A stretch of DNA of 64,000 nucleotides from Gemmatimonadota bacterium (GTDB taxonomy: Bacteria; Gemmatimonadota; Gemmatimonadetes; Gemmatimonadales; Gemmatimonadaceae): positions 1 to 64,000 of the forward strand of contig JANMLN010000020.1 in the NCBI GenBank assembly GCA_031372565.1. The letters are read 5' to 3'. Position numbers and translations under genes: made by a program. This document shows, piece after piece, positions 11,987-22,538 of the stretch. Numbering within the stretch: the stretch's first letter is position 1; every line of letters begins with the position of its first letter. The notes under the pieces are model-generated. The model was given only the letters and a program-made list of their open reading frames with translations. It was not told the origin of the DNA and made no database searches.

Positions 11987-12796
11987 CTACTCGCGGATCC
12001 CGTCCACGAGACGTGCCTCGAACGCGGCCAGATCGGTGGCGTACGCGAACGCCTGCGCCGCCGAGCCGGGGTTGGTATACACCTCGAGTTCGGGCTCGGC
12101 AATCACGCGCGCGATCACCGCGGCGACCTCCTCCGCCGTCTGCGGTTGCGTCACCGTCGCGCCCATCGCCGGCGACGGGCGAAGCGGCGGGCGCGGCGGC
12201 CCCACCACATTCCTGGCGAAGTCGGTCAGCACGACACCGGGCATCACGAGCGACACGTGCACCCCGGGATGCCGTGCGCGCATCTCCATGCGCAGGTTGG
12301 CCGTCAGCGAGTTGAGCGCCGCCTTGGCCGCGCTGTACGCCGAGCGGAAGTGCGCCAGCGGAATACGGCCGAGCACCGACGACACATTGACCACATGCCC
12401 CGTGCCACGTTCGCTGAAGTGCCGCACGGCTGCCTGCATGCCGAACATGGCGGACTTCACGTTCACGGCCCACATGCGGTCCAGATCGTCCTCGGTGAGG
12501 TCCACCACATCGCGCTAGATGCCCTGTCCGGCGTTGTTCACCCACGTGTCGAATCGGCCGAAGTGCGCGAGGGCCGCGTCGGCCAAGCCCTCCACCTCGG
12601 CGCGCCGCGTCACGTCACACACGACCGTCAGGACGTCCGGGCTTCCCGCCGCGCGGCATTCGGCGGCCACGGTGTCGAGTGCCGACGACCGGCGCGCGGC
12701 GAGCACCAGTGCGTGACCCTGTGCGGCCATCGAACGTGCCAGCGCAGCGCCAATGCCAGCCGAGGCGCCCGTGATGATCGTGACGGGAGGTTGCAT
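11987..12796 (-). pseudogene. SDR oxidoreductase interrupted by an in-frame TAG at 12517-12515
   Basis: TGASAGIG, NNAGQGI*RDV, NVSS, YSAAK; both halves share one frame. Confidence 0.8.
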
Positions 12797-12851
12797 GCAG
12801 GGAAGCTAGCGGTCGCCGTTGCGCGGGACGACGGCGCCGCACGCCGACAGA

Positions 12852-13562
12852 CTACTCGCCGAACAACACCTTGCCCGACGGGCAGACGAGCGCGATGCTC
12901 ATGCGGCGCGAGGCGCCCTTGGCCACGGGTACGTCCAGCTTCACGGCACGAAAGAATCGCGCGAGCGGGGCAGGGTCAGGCTGCGCCATGCGCACCGACG
13001 CCAAGGTGCATCCCGTGGGGGCATCGGTGCTCGGGTGCGGTGTTCCGGCGCCCCACTGGATGAAGAACGGGGCGCTCTCGAGGCCGGCGCCGTCGACCTC
13101 CGCCGTCTGCCAACTCAGCTTGGCACCATCGGGCCGGGTGCGCGCGCCGGGGTGCACATCCGACACCTTGAACGCGGCGCCCCGCAGCGTCGTGACGATG
13201 GTCCGCACGTCATCGGTGTGGAGTGCCCAGCCCGCCGGCGTGAGCACGGCGAATGCGGTCATCGGCCCACCCGTGGTACCGGGCTCGTGCGACGGTGCGA
13301 TGAGCTCGATGTAGCGTCCGCCGCCGAGCGATACGAGCGCGTTCTGCGTCCCGCGACCGGGGTGCACGCCGCCCTTGATCGGCTTCACGCCGGTCCTGGT
13401 CGCGAACTCTGTCATCCCCCGGTCGAGATCGTCGACGCCCAGAATCAGGTGGTCAATCGCCACGGTCGGCATCGCGACACGCGACTGCGCGCCCGTCTCG
13501 GCGCTCACGAGTGCGCAGCAGGCGTACAGGACGAGCAGACGGCTCACAGGGTGACGCGACAT
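12852..13562 (-). CDS. VOC/glyoxalase-like family protein with signal peptide
   Basis: IDHLILGV..L..G, GGVHPGRGTQNALVSLG, YIELIAP, PFFIQW, HPS. Confidence 0.85.
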   Translation of the reverse strand: MSRHPVSRLLVLYACCALVSAETGAQSRVAMPTVAIDHLILGVDDLDRGMTEFATRTGVKPIKGGVHPGRGTQNALVSLGGGRYIELIAPSHEPGTTGGPMTAFAVLTPAGWALHTDDVRTIVTTLRGAAFKVSDVHPGARTRPDGAKLSWQTAEVDGAGLESAPFFIQWGAGTPHPSTDAPTGCTLASVRMAQPDPAPLARFFRAVKLDVPVAKGASRRMSIALVCPSGKVLFGE

Positions 13563-13614
13563 TCGACAACCACGCGTTCGAGGGTGATGGCTCGCGAGGG
13601 TACGCGCAGACGCG

Positions 13615-14256
13615 TTACGTCGCGTACTTGAGGACGGCGATGAAGTGACAGACCGTCCCGCCGAGTACGAACAGGTGCCAGACGAAGTGCGTGTACCTGG
13701 CGTGCTTGGCCATGTAGAAGGGCACCCCCGCCGTGTACAGGATGCCGCCCGCGGCAATCCACGCCACCGCGGCATGTGGCACCTGATTCCAGAAGGGGTA
13801 CGCGAACGCCACGGCGATCCAGCCGAGCAGCAGGTAGGCGGCATTCGACAATCCCGCATGGGTCAGCCGCCCGCTCAGCTTGAGCACGACCCCCACGGTG
13901 GCGATGCCCCAGGCCAACCCGAACATCGTCCAGCCCCAGTTGGGACGCATGGCGCCCAACGCAAACGGCGTGTACGACCCGGCAATGAGGACGAAGATCG
14001 CGGCGTGATCGAGGCGCTTGAACAGCCGCTTCGCCTTCTCGTCGCGGAGTGCGTGGTACACCGTGGACGTCGTGTACAGCAGCACCAGCGAGAGCGCGTA
14101 GATGACCGCGCCAAGCACGGCCCACCGATCGCGCCCGGTGGCCGCGATGACGAGGAACGGCGTGGCGGCCAGTGCCGCGACGAGTCCCGCGCCATGGCTG
14201 ATGGCGTGCGAGAGCTCCTCTCCGACGGTGTAGGGACGGTGCACGGCGTTCGCCAT
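13615..14256 (-). CDS. Hemolysin III/PAQR family membrane protein (TrhA-like)
   Basis: EELSHAISHG, STVYH, LDHAAIFVLIAGSYTP, HFVWHLFVLGG..CH. Confidence 0.92.
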   Translation of the reverse strand: MANAVHRPYTVGEELSHAISHGAGLVAALAATPFLVIAATGRDRWAVLGAVIYALSLVLLYTTSTVYHALRDEKAKRLFKRLDHAAIFVLIAGSYTPFALGAMRPNWGWTMFGLAWGIATVGVVLKLSGRLTHAGLSNAAYLLLGWIAVAFAYPFWNQVPHAAVAWIAAGGILYTAGVPFYMAKHARYTHFVWHLFVLGGTVCHFIAVLKYAT

Positions 14257-14428
14257 CCTGAAAAGATAGCACGACCGGTCACGGTCTGCGCCCCCTTGTG
14301 GTGCAGGGACGCGGTGCAGCGACGCGATGCATTGCCGCGGGCTGGTTCCGGCGGCATCGTATGGGGTCGCCGCGTCCCGGTCGCCCGGGATGTCGGTCGT
14401 TGTCGCGCGTCCTCCTACCGCCTCCGCC

Positions 14429-17400
14429 ATGTCACACGTTCGTCTGGGAGTTCTCCTTGCGGTGCCCGCGTTGGTGCTCGCTGTCACGCCGCTGTCGCTG
14501 CGCGCACCGGGCGCGCTCTCGTCGCAGGACCTCGCCCCGCGCGCCGCGAGCCTCATCGCGGACTCGGTCCTGCTCGCCGGCTACCGGTGGCGCAACATCG
14601 GTCCGGATCGCGGCGGTCGCTCGATTGCCGTGAGCGGCGTGAAGGGACGCCGCAACGAGGCGTACTTCGGTGCGGTGGGTGGGGGGCTCTGGAAGACCAC
14701 CGACGGTGGCGACAACTGGGCGCCGGTGACCGACGGCAAGATCACGTCGGCGTCCGTCGGCTCGGTGGCGGTCAGCGAGTCGAATCCGGACGTCGTCTTC
14801 ATCGGGACGGGCGAGACGTGCATTCGCGGCAACATCATGCCGGGTGATGGCGTCTACAAGAGCACGGATGCGGGCAAGACGTGGACGCACGTCGGGTTCC
14901 GCGAATCGCACGGGATTGCGCGCATTCGCATCCACCCGACCAATCCCGACATCATCTGGGTGGCGGCGTTCGGCAAGTTCTCCGTGGCGAACCGCGAGCG
15001 CGGCGTCTACAAGAGCACGGATGGCGGCAAGACGTGGCGGCAGGTGTTGTATCGCGACGACAAGACCGCGGCCATCGACATCAGCGTGGATCGCACCAAC
15101 CCGAACGTGCTCTACGCGAGCCTCTGGGAGGCGTACCGCAAGGAGTACCAGATGTCGAGCGGCGGCGCCGGGAGCGGGCTGTTCAAGAGCATCGATGGCG
15201 GCGAGACGTGGACGGAGATCACGCGCAATCCCGGCATGCCGAGTGGCCTGGTGGGGCGCATCGGCGTGTCGGTGAGCGGCGCCAACGCCAGTCGCGTGTA
15301 CGCACTCGTCGAGAACGAGAAGGGTGGGCTGTTCAAGTCGGACGATGCGGGGGCCACGTGGTCGCTCGTGAATGACAAGCGCGACATCCGGCAGCGGGCG
15401 TTCTACTACACGCACGTCTACGCCGATCCGAAGAACCAGGACGTGGTCTACATGCAGAACACGTCGATGTTCCGCTCAACCGACGCGGGCAAGACCATGA
15501 CCGCGATCGACAACTTCACGCATGGCGATTTCCACGATCTCTGGATCGATCCGGAGGATGCGACGCATCTGGTGGTCGGCAATGACGGCGGCGGCGCAGT
15601 CTCCACCACCACCGGCACCAGGTGGACCGAGGAAGACTTCCCGACGGAGCAGTTCTATCATGTGATCACGACCAAGCACATCCCGTTTCATGTGTGCGGG
15701 TCCCAGCAGGACAACACGACGCTCTGCACGCCGTCCGACTGGAACCTGAGCGCGTTCAACGGGCAGGGGGGCAACGGCATTCCCGGGCTCGCCACGCGCC
15801 CGGCGCGCGACATCACGGGCGGCGGCATGGCGGTGAGCTACCAGGCCGGCGGCGGCGAGCCGGGCTACATCGCCACCGATCCGCTCGATCCCGACCAGTT
15901 CTATTCGGGCACCAACAACGGCAGCTACCTCGACAAGTACAACCGGCGCACGGGTGCCTCGCGCGAGGTGAATCCGTATCCGTGGTTCTACTCGGGCGAA
16001 CCGAGCAAGGAGATCAAGGAACGGTGGCAATGGACGTATCCGATCGTCTTCTCGCCCATCGATCCGAAGACGCTCTACGTCTCGAGCCAGCGGCTCTGGC
16101 GCACCACGGACGGCGGCCAGACGTGGGCGGTGCTCTCGGGCGACCTCACCCGCCACGCCCCCGAGACGCAGGAGAAGTCGGGCGGCCCGATCACGGGCGA
16201 CATGAACGGACCCGAGGTCTACGGCGTCATCTTCTCGATCGCACCCGGCAAGAAGGATCGCAACGTGATCTGGACCGGTTCCGATGACGGGCTCGTGCAC
16301 GTCACGCGCACCGGCGGCAAGACGTGGAGCAACGTGACCCCACCGGGGATGCCCGAGTTCGGACGCGTGAGCCAGATCGACGCCTCGGCGTTCAACTCGG
16401 GCACCGCCTACGTGAGCGTGCGGCGCCCGCTGCTCAACGACTTTGCGCCGTACCTCTTCAAGACCACCGACTTCGGCACGACGTGGACGAAGATCACGAC
16501 CGGGCTGCGCGATGACGCGTACGTGCATGCGGTGCGCGAGGACCCCACGCGCGCCGGGATGCTCTACGCGGCCACGCAGCATGGCGTGTACCTGTCCTAC
16601 GACGACGGCGCCTCGTGGCAGTCGCTGATGCTCAACATGCCGGACGCCCCCGTATCGGACCTGATCGTCGAGGGGAACGAGCTCGTGATCGCCACGCATG
16701 GCCGCGGCTTCTGGGTGCTCGACAACATCGCGCCCCTGCGACAGCACACGGCGGCCGTGGCCGCAGCGGATGCGCACCTGTTTGCGCCGCCGGTCGGGAT
16801 TCGGTCGGGGCCGGGGGTGACCGTGAGCTACCGGCTCAAGACGCCAGCCAAGCGCGCCCTGCTCGAGATCGTGGATGCGAAGGGCACGGTGGTGCGCACC
16901 TTCGAGCCCGACACGACGCCACCGGAGAAGCGCGACACGACCGCGCGTCGCGCCGAAGGGAGCGGACCGTTGCTGCCGAACGCCGCCGGGATGAACCGGG
17001 TGGCGTGGGATCTGCGGGCACAGAGCGCAGTCAGCTTTCCCGGGATGATCCTGTGGGGTGCGGGCATGGCGGGCCCTGCGGTGCCGCCCGGCACGTATAC
17101 CGTGCGCCTCACCGTCGACGGCAGGGCGCTGACGCAACCGGTCACGGTCAGGAAGAACCCGCTCATTCCGGGGATCACCGACGCCGATCTCGTGGCGCAA
17201 TACACCTTCGGCGTGAAGGTGCGTGACAAGGTGAACGCGGCGAACCAGAGCGTCGTCGACATCCGTCGCGTGAAGGCGCAGGTGGAGGATCGCCTGAAGC
17301 GTGCCGATGACGCGGCGCTCAAGTCGGCCTCGGGCACGCTGGTCACGAACGCGAGCGGCGTCGAGGAGAACGTGTACCAGGTGCGGAACCAGAGCGGACA

Positions 17401-17662
17401 GGACCCGCTCAACTTCCCCATCAAGGTGAACAACCGGTTGGCGACGCTCCTCTCGATGGCGGAGCGCGGCGATGGTCGGCCGGTGAGCGGGATGCCGGCG
17501 ATCTTCGGCATTCTCGACGCCGAGCTCGCGGGCTACACCCGGCGGCTCGACACGGTGTGGAAGACCGATCTCGCGAAGGTGAACAGCGAACTCAAGCGGC
17601 TCAAGCTGCCGCCGGTCGATCCGCACTGCGTGAAGGTGGAGGGGTGCACCGTCACCCCCTGA
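14429..17662 (+). CDS. VPS10/sortilin-like BNR-repeat glycosyl hydrolase-like secreted protein
   Basis: WRNIGPDRGGRS and many Asp-box repeats (KSTDGGKTW); signal peptide. Confidence 0.88.
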   Translation: MSHVRLGVLLAVPALVLAVTPLSLRAPGALSSQDLAPRAASLIADSVLLAGYRWRNIGPDRGGRSIAVSGVKGRRNEAYFGAVGGGLWKTTDGGDNWAPVTDGKITSASVGSVAVSESNPDVVFIGTGETCIRGNIMPGDGVYKSTDAGKTWTHVGFRESHGIARIRIHPTNPDIIWVAAFGKFSVANRERGVYKSTDGGKTWRQVLYRDDKTAAIDISVDRTNPNVLYASLWEAYRKEYQMSSGGAGSGLFKSIDGGETWTEITRNPGMPSGLVGRIGVSVSGANASRVYALVENEKGGLFKSDDAGATWSLVNDKRDIRQRAFYYTHVYADPKNQDVVYMQNTSMFRSTDAGKTMTAIDNFTHGDFHDLWIDPEDATHLVVGNDGGGAVSTTTGTRWTEEDFPTEQFYHVITTKHIPFHVCGSQQDNTTLCTPSDWNLSAFNGQGGNGIPGLATRPARDITGGGMAVSYQAGGGEPGYIATDPLDPDQFYSGTNNGSYLDKYNRRTGASREVNPYPWFYSGEPSKEIKERWQWTYPIVFSPIDPKTLYVSSQRLWRTTDGGQTWAVLSGDLTRHAPETQEKSGGPITGDMNGPEVYGVIFSIAPGKKDRNVIWTGSDDGLVHVTRTGGKTWSNVTPPGMPEFGRVSQIDASAFNSGTAYVSVRRPLLNDFAPYLFKTTDFGTTWTKITTGLRDDAYVHAVREDPTRAGMLYAATQHGVYLSYDDGASWQSLMLNMPDAPVSDLIVEGNELVIATHGRGFWVLDNIAPLRQHTAAVAAADAHLFAPPVGIRSGPGVTVSYRLKTPAKRALLEIVDAKGTVVRTFEPDTTPPEKRDTTARRAEGSGPLLPNAAGMNRVAWDLRAQSAVSFPGMILWGAGMAGPAVPPGTYTVRLTVDGRALTQPVTVRKNPLIPGITDADLVAQYTFGVKVRDKVNAANQSVVDIRRVKAQVEDRLKRADDAALKSASGTLVTNASGVEENVYQVRNQSGQDPLNFPIKVNNRLATLLSMAERGDGRPVSGMPAIFGILDAELAGYTRRLDTVWKTDLAKVNSELKRLKLPPVDPHCVKVEGCTVTP

Positions 17663-17748
17663 TGTCGTCCTGAGCAAAGCGAAGGACCTGCTTGTCACCC
17701 TCTTGACAAGCAGGTCCTTCGTTTCGCTGCGCTTCACTCAGGACGACA
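17663..17748. repeat. Inverted pair of REP-like elements (REPIN-like) between convergent genes
   Basis: TGTCGTCCTGAGCAAAGCGAAGGACCTGCTTGTCA...TGACAAGCAGGTCCTTCG...CTCAGGACGACA. Confidence 0.9.
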
Positions 17749-17761
17749 GCTGCCGCGTGGT

Positions 17762-19237
17762 TCACTCCACCACGCGCGCCCGCACTGGCCGCCCCGGCCG
17801 CGCGCCCTCCACCAGCGCGCCCTTGTCCACGACCACGACCCCGTTGACCACCACGTACGGAATGCCGACCGGGGGCAGCGTCGGCTCCATATATGTCGCC
17901 TTGTCCTCGACGGTCGCCAGGTCGATGAGCGTCAGGTCGGCGTCCGCACCAAGCGCGATGCGCCCCTTCTTTCGCATGCTCGGCACGCGCGCCGCCAACC
18001 GCTCCGCCGGCATCAGCGACATCTTGCGAATCATCTCCATGAGCGGCACCGCCTTGAGCTCGCGCACGTAGCGCTTGAGCGAACGCGAGTAGGTGCCGCT
18101 CGTGCGCGGGTGTCCCTTCTCGTCGATCATGAAGGCGTCGCTCGCGACCATCGTCAGCGGGCTGATCATGGCCGTGTCGACCATGGCCTCGCTGTTCATG
18201 AAGATGATGATCGTGCCGCCGATCTTCCGGTACTTCGCGAAGCTCTCGCGCGTGAGCCGCTCGCCGGTTTCCGGCCGGAGCAACGTCTGGTACATCGAGT
18301 CGCTCGCGTTCTCGTACTTGTCGAGGATCGCCGACTGGATGCCGGTCATCCCGGCCGAATACGGGTAGGCCTCGGTGGTCACGTCGCGCCCCGCTCGACG
18401 CGCATCGGCAATCGCCTTGAGCGTGAGCGGCGTGTCCTGCAGCGACACACTGTTGATGTGCGAGAAGTGGATCGCGCTCCGGTTCGCGCGAGCGGCCGCG
18501 AGCGCTTCCTCGACGCCGCGGATCCCCGGGCGCACGTGCACGCACACCGGGACATGGGCGCGCGCGGCAACGCTGAACAGATCGGCCATCTCCTCCGTCG
18601 TCATCCCATCCGTGTACGCGAACCCCGCACCGATGGCCACCGCCCCCTCCGCCAACCCCTGTTCGAGCAGCTTGATCATGACGTCCCGCTGCGCGCGCGT
18701 GGCCGGGCTGTGCGCCGACGGTCCCGACGGCGTCAGGGCCGACGTGTCGTTGAACGCACGAATGCGCACCGGTATGTGGCCCACGGCCACGCCGAAGTTG
18801 ATGCGCTGCGCCTCGCCCTGCTTCCGGTACCAGCCCGCGACGTCCGCCGTGCCGGCCTCGATCTCGAAGGCCGTGGTGACGCCATCGCGCACCTGGTGTC
18901 CGAACGTGGCGTCGTCGTTCACGTGCTCGTGCAGGTCGATGAAGCCGGGGGACACCACGAGTCCGGTGGCGTCGATGGTGCGCTTGCCGGTCAGCGCCGT
19001 GCGCGAGATCGCCGCAATCTTGCCATCGAGAATGCCCACGTTGACCATGGCGTCGCGCTTCGACGCGGGATCGACGACGCGGCCGTTGGCGATCACGAGG
19101 TCGTAGCGCTGGGCCGCGTCCTGCGCGTGCACGGGCAGGACGCTGCACGCGGCGGCGGCGATCACGGCCACCAGCTGTCGGGCGCGGCGACGCACGCTCG
19201 ATGCAGAGGGGCGCACGAATGTCGGACGGTGGTGCAC
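17762..19237 (-). CDS. Amidohydrolase family (D-aminoacylase/dihydroorotase-like)
   Basis: PGFIDLHEH, TTEAYPY, ASD, HPR..GTY, KGRIALGADADL; start uncertain. Confidence 0.85.
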   Translation of the reverse strand: MHHRPTFVRPSASSVRRRARQLVAVIAAAACSVLPVHAQDAAQRYDLVIANGRVVDPASKRDAMVNVGILDGKIAAISRTALTGKRTIDATGLVVSPGFIDLHEHVNDDATFGHQVRDGVTTAFEIEAGTADVAGWYRKQGEAQRINFGVAVGHIPVRIRAFNDTSALTPSGPSAHSPATRAQRDVMIKLLEQGLAEGAVAIGAGFAYTDGMTTEEMADLFSVAARAHVPVCVHVRPGIRGVEEALAAARANRSAIHFSHINSVSLQDTPLTLKAIADARRAGRDVTTEAYPYSAGMTGIQSAILDKYENASDSMYQTLLRPETGERLTRESFAKYRKIGGTIIIFMNSEAMVDTAMISPLTMVASDAFMIDEKGHPRTSGTYSRSLKRYVRELKAVPLMEMIRKMSLMPAERLAARVPSMRKKGRIALGADADLTLIDLATVEDKATYMEPTLPPVGIPYVVVNGVVVVDKGALVEGARPGRPVRARVVE

Positions 19238-19304
19238 GGGAGCAACCTCGAGGGAGCAGAGTGGCGATGGCATCGCCAACAGTACGTCCCTCGACCGAAC
19301 GCCG

Positions 19305-20453
19305 CTACACCAGCGCGTCGACGGGCAGCTGCGCCAGCAGCAGCCGAGCCGTGTCCTCACGAGTCAGCTCGGGGAGCCGGAGCTTGGCCCACGACCAGCC
19401 GCCGGTGCGTACCTCGTCGATCGCCGACATGATCTCGGTGTCGCGCTGCCGCCAGCGGGCAAAGCCCTGCGACTCGGCGTACGACACGTTGTCGGCTTCC
19501 TGCGCCCCCACTGCCCGCGTGATGATCGACGGCTTGCGCAGCGCGAGCGCTTCCATGAGCGTGCTCGGGCCCGCCTTGGTCACCACCACATCGGCAGCGG
19601 CCATGAGCGTCGCCATGTTCGACACGGGGCCGTACACGCGTGTGCGCGCGGCGTCGGTCGTCTCCGTGAGGGTACGCAACATCCCCTGATTGTGGCCGGC
19701 CACCACCAGCGTCTGCGTGTCGCGGCGCGCGTCGAGTGCCTGGACCAGCGAGGCGCGATATCCCACCCCCGCCAACCCGCCGGTCACGAGCACCGTGAAC
19801 CGGTCCGCCGGAAGGCCGAGCGTTTCACGCGCCTCGGCACGCGACATCGCATCGCGATCAAAGGTGGGATGCACCGGAAAGCCGCCCAGCTGGATCCGCG
19901 CGCGCGGCACGCCGAGCGCCGCCAACCGGTCGCGCGCCGCCTCGGTGAAGACGATGCAGGCATCGACGTCCGGGCAGCTCCACCCCGCGTGGAACGACAC
20001 CGGATCGGTCACGACCGTCACGATCCGGAAGTTGAACCCGAAGTCGCGTCGTGCCCAGCAGGCCAGATGCGCCAGCAGTACCGGGTGCGTGACGACCACC
20101 AGCTTGGGCGCCGCTTCCTGCAGCAGCTCCCCGATCGCGTCGCGGCCGAGCGCGTAGATCGTTTTCGCGATCCACCCCACGCGTGCCGGCGAGTTGGTGA
20201 TCGCGAAGCCGGCATCGTACACGCGGCCGAAGTCGACGGAGAGTCGGTCGTAGATGCCCGGGGCGCTCCGCACGAAGGGGAGCCGGATGTGCGTGAGCAC
20301 ATCCGCGATGGCACAGCGCACGGCGCCGCTTGTCTGATGCCCGATCTCGGCAGATAACGCGCTCGACACAGCCCGATGTCCGCCGCCGGTATCCGACAGG
20401 GCGAACAACACATCGGCCTTGGCTTTCGGCGGCGGATAGGCGGGCGCAATCAC
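19305..20453 (-). CDS. MGDG synthase/UgtP-like diacylglycerol glycosyltransferase (GT28)
   Basis: SDTGGGH, VTHP, TVVTD, GFPVHP, TKAGPST..EA, QE..N. Confidence 0.85.
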   Translation of the reverse strand: MIAPAYPPPKAKADVLFALSDTGGGHRAVSSALSAEIGHQTSGAVRCAIADVLTHIRLPFVRSAPGIYDRLSVDFGRVYDAGFAITNSPARVGWIAKTIYALGRDAIGELLQEAAPKLVVVTHPVLLAHLACWARRDFGFNFRIVTVVTDPVSFHAGWSCPDVDACIVFTEAARDRLAALGVPRARIQLGGFPVHPTFDRDAMSRAEARETLGLPADRFTVLVTGGLAGVGYRASLVQALDARRDTQTLVVAGHNQGMLRTLTETTDAARTRVYGPVSNMATLMAAADVVVTKAGPSTLMEALALRKPSIITRAVGAQEADNVSYAESQGFARWRQRDTEIMSAIDEVRTGGWSWAKLRLPELTREDTARLLLAQLPVDALV

Positions 20454-20513
20454 GCTCCCTTCTACCCTAGGGAGCGCCCGCGACGGCGCGGTCCCCGTCG
20501 CGCTACTACATGG

Positions 20514-21416
20514 TCACGACTTGATGAAGGTCCCGTCGCGGAGTTCGCTCAGCGCCTGCTGCAGTTCACGCTGCGTGTTCATCACGATCGGACCGTACCA
20601 GGCCACCGGCTCCTCGATCGGCTTGCCGGACACGAGCAGAAAACGAATGCCATGCTCGCCGGCCGTCACCACCACTTCGTCGCCACCATCAAACAGCACC
20701 AGCGACCGATTGCCGGTCATCTCGCGCTTGAGGTCGTGGTCGTCGCCGTTCTGCTCCGTCAGGATGCCGAACGGGTCGGATGCATCGCGAAAGCGGCCAC
20801 TCCCCTCGAACACGTACGCGAACGCGCTGCGCCCGAGCGGGACCGGGAGCCGCTTGCGCTTCCCGGCTGGTACCGATACGTCGAGGTATCGCGGGTCGGC
20901 GGCGATGCCATCGACCGGGCCCGTCTTGCCCCAGAAGTCGCCGCAGATGATGCGCACCGTGGTGCCATCATCGTCCGTCACCTCGGGAATGGCCGTCGAC
21001 GGAACGTCCTGATATCGCGGCGCCGTCATCTTCTGCGCGCTCGGCAGGTTGGCCCACAGCTGGAAGCCATGCATCCGGCCCGTCGCGTCGCCCTTCGGCA
21101 TCTCCTGGTGCAGGATGCCGCGCCCGGCGGTCATCCATTGCACGTCGCCCGCTCCGAGCGAGCCCGTGTTGCCGAGCGAGTCGGCATGATCGACCGTGCC
21201 GCCGAGCACGTAGGTGATGGTCTCGATGCCCCGGTGCGGGTGCCACGGGAAGCCCGCGCGATAGTCCTCTGGCCGCTCGTTGCGGAAGTCATCGAACAGG
21301 AGAAACGGATCCGTTTCGGACGTCTCCCCGAAGCCGAAGGCTCGGCGCAGGTGGACCCCCGCGCCTTCGATGGTGGGGGTGGCCGTGACGATGCGCTTGA
21401 CGGGACGAATGGACAT
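20514..21416 (-). CDS. Pirin family protein
   Basis: DPFLLFD, HPHRGIETITY, QWMTAGRGILHQE, QLWANLP, GPIVMNT. Confidence 0.95.
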   Translation of the reverse strand: MSIRPVKRIVTATPTIEGAGVHLRRAFGFGETSETDPFLLFDDFRNERPEDYRAGFPWHPHRGIETITYVLGGTVDHADSLGNTGSLGAGDVQWMTAGRGILHQEMPKGDATGRMHGFQLWANLPSAQKMTAPRYQDVPSTAIPEVTDDDGTTVRIICGDFWGKTGPVDGIAADPRYLDVSVPAGKRKRLPVPLGRSAFAYVFEGSGRFRDASDPFGILTEQNGDDHDLKREMTGNRSLVLFDGGDEVVVTAGEHGIRFLLVSGKPIEEPVAWYGPIVMNTQRELQQALSELRDGTFIKS

Positions 21417-21506
21417 CGGGCGTGGGGGCAGATGAAACGGGAGTGACCATGATGGCCACTCCCGTACGCTACTGACCTGCGCGGCGTGCTGCCAAGCGGT
21501 GAGGAG

Positions 21507-22445
21507 CTATGCCGCCGGGTTCCCGGCCCACCGACCGAGCTCGACGCCGAGCATGGCGCGCTTGCGCTCGAGACCACCGGCATAGCCGCCGAGCTCGCCC
21601 GACTTGCGGATGACGCGATGGCACGGGATGAGGTAGTGGATCGGATTGCGCGCGACCGCGTTCGCCACGGCGCGAACCGCCGACGGTGAGCCGATGGCGG
21701 CGGCCAAGTCCTCGTAGCTGACGACCGTGCCGCCCGGAATGCGCAGCAGGGCGCGCCAGACGCGCATCTGGAGATTGGTCCCCTTGAGCAGCACGCTCAA
21801 GCCCACCGGGGGTGCACCGAGCGCCGCAGCCGCAGCGCCGGCCGTGATCACGCCGAACACCTGCTCCGCCACACCGCGCGTGGCGGCGGCATCTTCGACG
21901 AAACGCGCGCCAGGCCAACGCGCCTTGAGCTGGGCCAGCGGGTTCTCGCCACCCGTGGACGCGCGAAAGGTCAGCGCACAGATGCCGCGATCGGTGACGG
22001 CCACGAGGCAGTCGCCAAACGGGGTGCGGTGCGTGGCCTGTCGGATCACCAAGCCGTCAGCGCCCGCCGCATACTCGCCCGGCGTCATCGCCTCGACCTG
22101 CACGAAGAGGTCGTGCAGCCGGCCACCGCCCGACATGCCCACTTCGTAGGCGGTATCGAGCACGGCGTGATCGGTGCGCAGCAACGCTTTGGCCTCGGCG
22201 ATTGTCTGGTATTGCAGGAAGCGTTTGGGACTCACCCCCGCCCAGCGGGTGAACAGCCGCTGGAAGTGCGAGGGCGACAGGCCGACTGCCTGCGCCACAT
22301 CGTCGAGCGAGGGCTGTTCACGCTGATGGGCCACCAGCCACCGGATGGCGCGCTCGACGCGCGCGTAATCGGTGGGATGTGTCTCGTCGGCACGCTCGGC
22401 GTGCTGGGCAGCGCGGGTCGGCATTGAAGCGGTCGTCATGATCAT
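21507..22445 (-). CDS. AraC-HTH / O6-methylguanine-DNA methyltransferase fusion (Ada-like, no N-terminal Zn domain)
   Basis: LSPSHFQRLFTRWAGVSPKRF; RAVANAVARNP..IPCHRV active site. Confidence 0.9.
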   Translation of the reverse strand: MIMTTASMPTRAAQHAERADETHPTDYARVERAIRWLVAHQREQPSLDDVAQAVGLSPSHFQRLFTRWAGVSPKRFLQYQTIAEAKALLRTDHAVLDTAYEVGMSGGGRLHDLFVQVEAMTPGEYAAGADGLVIRQATHRTPFGDCLVAVTDRGICALTFRASTGGENPLAQLKARWPGARFVEDAAATRGVAEQVFGVITAGAAAAALGAPPVGLSVLLKGTNLQMRVWRALLRIPGGTVVSYEDLAAAIGSPSAVRAVANAVARNPIHYLIPCHRVIRKSGELGGYAGGLERKRAMLGVELGRWAGNPAA

Positions 22446-22538
22446 GGCATCAGGCTCCACTTGGGGGACACGCGAAGGATCGCGATACCGTTCCGCGGAT
22501 GAAACCCGATTCTTGCTATATCGTAAGGTAGCCATCTC

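Noticed and set aside
12515..12517. Pyrrolysine or genome-wide TAG recoding
   Set aside because: TAG terminates many genes in the window, the position is not catalytic, and no pyl genes are present.
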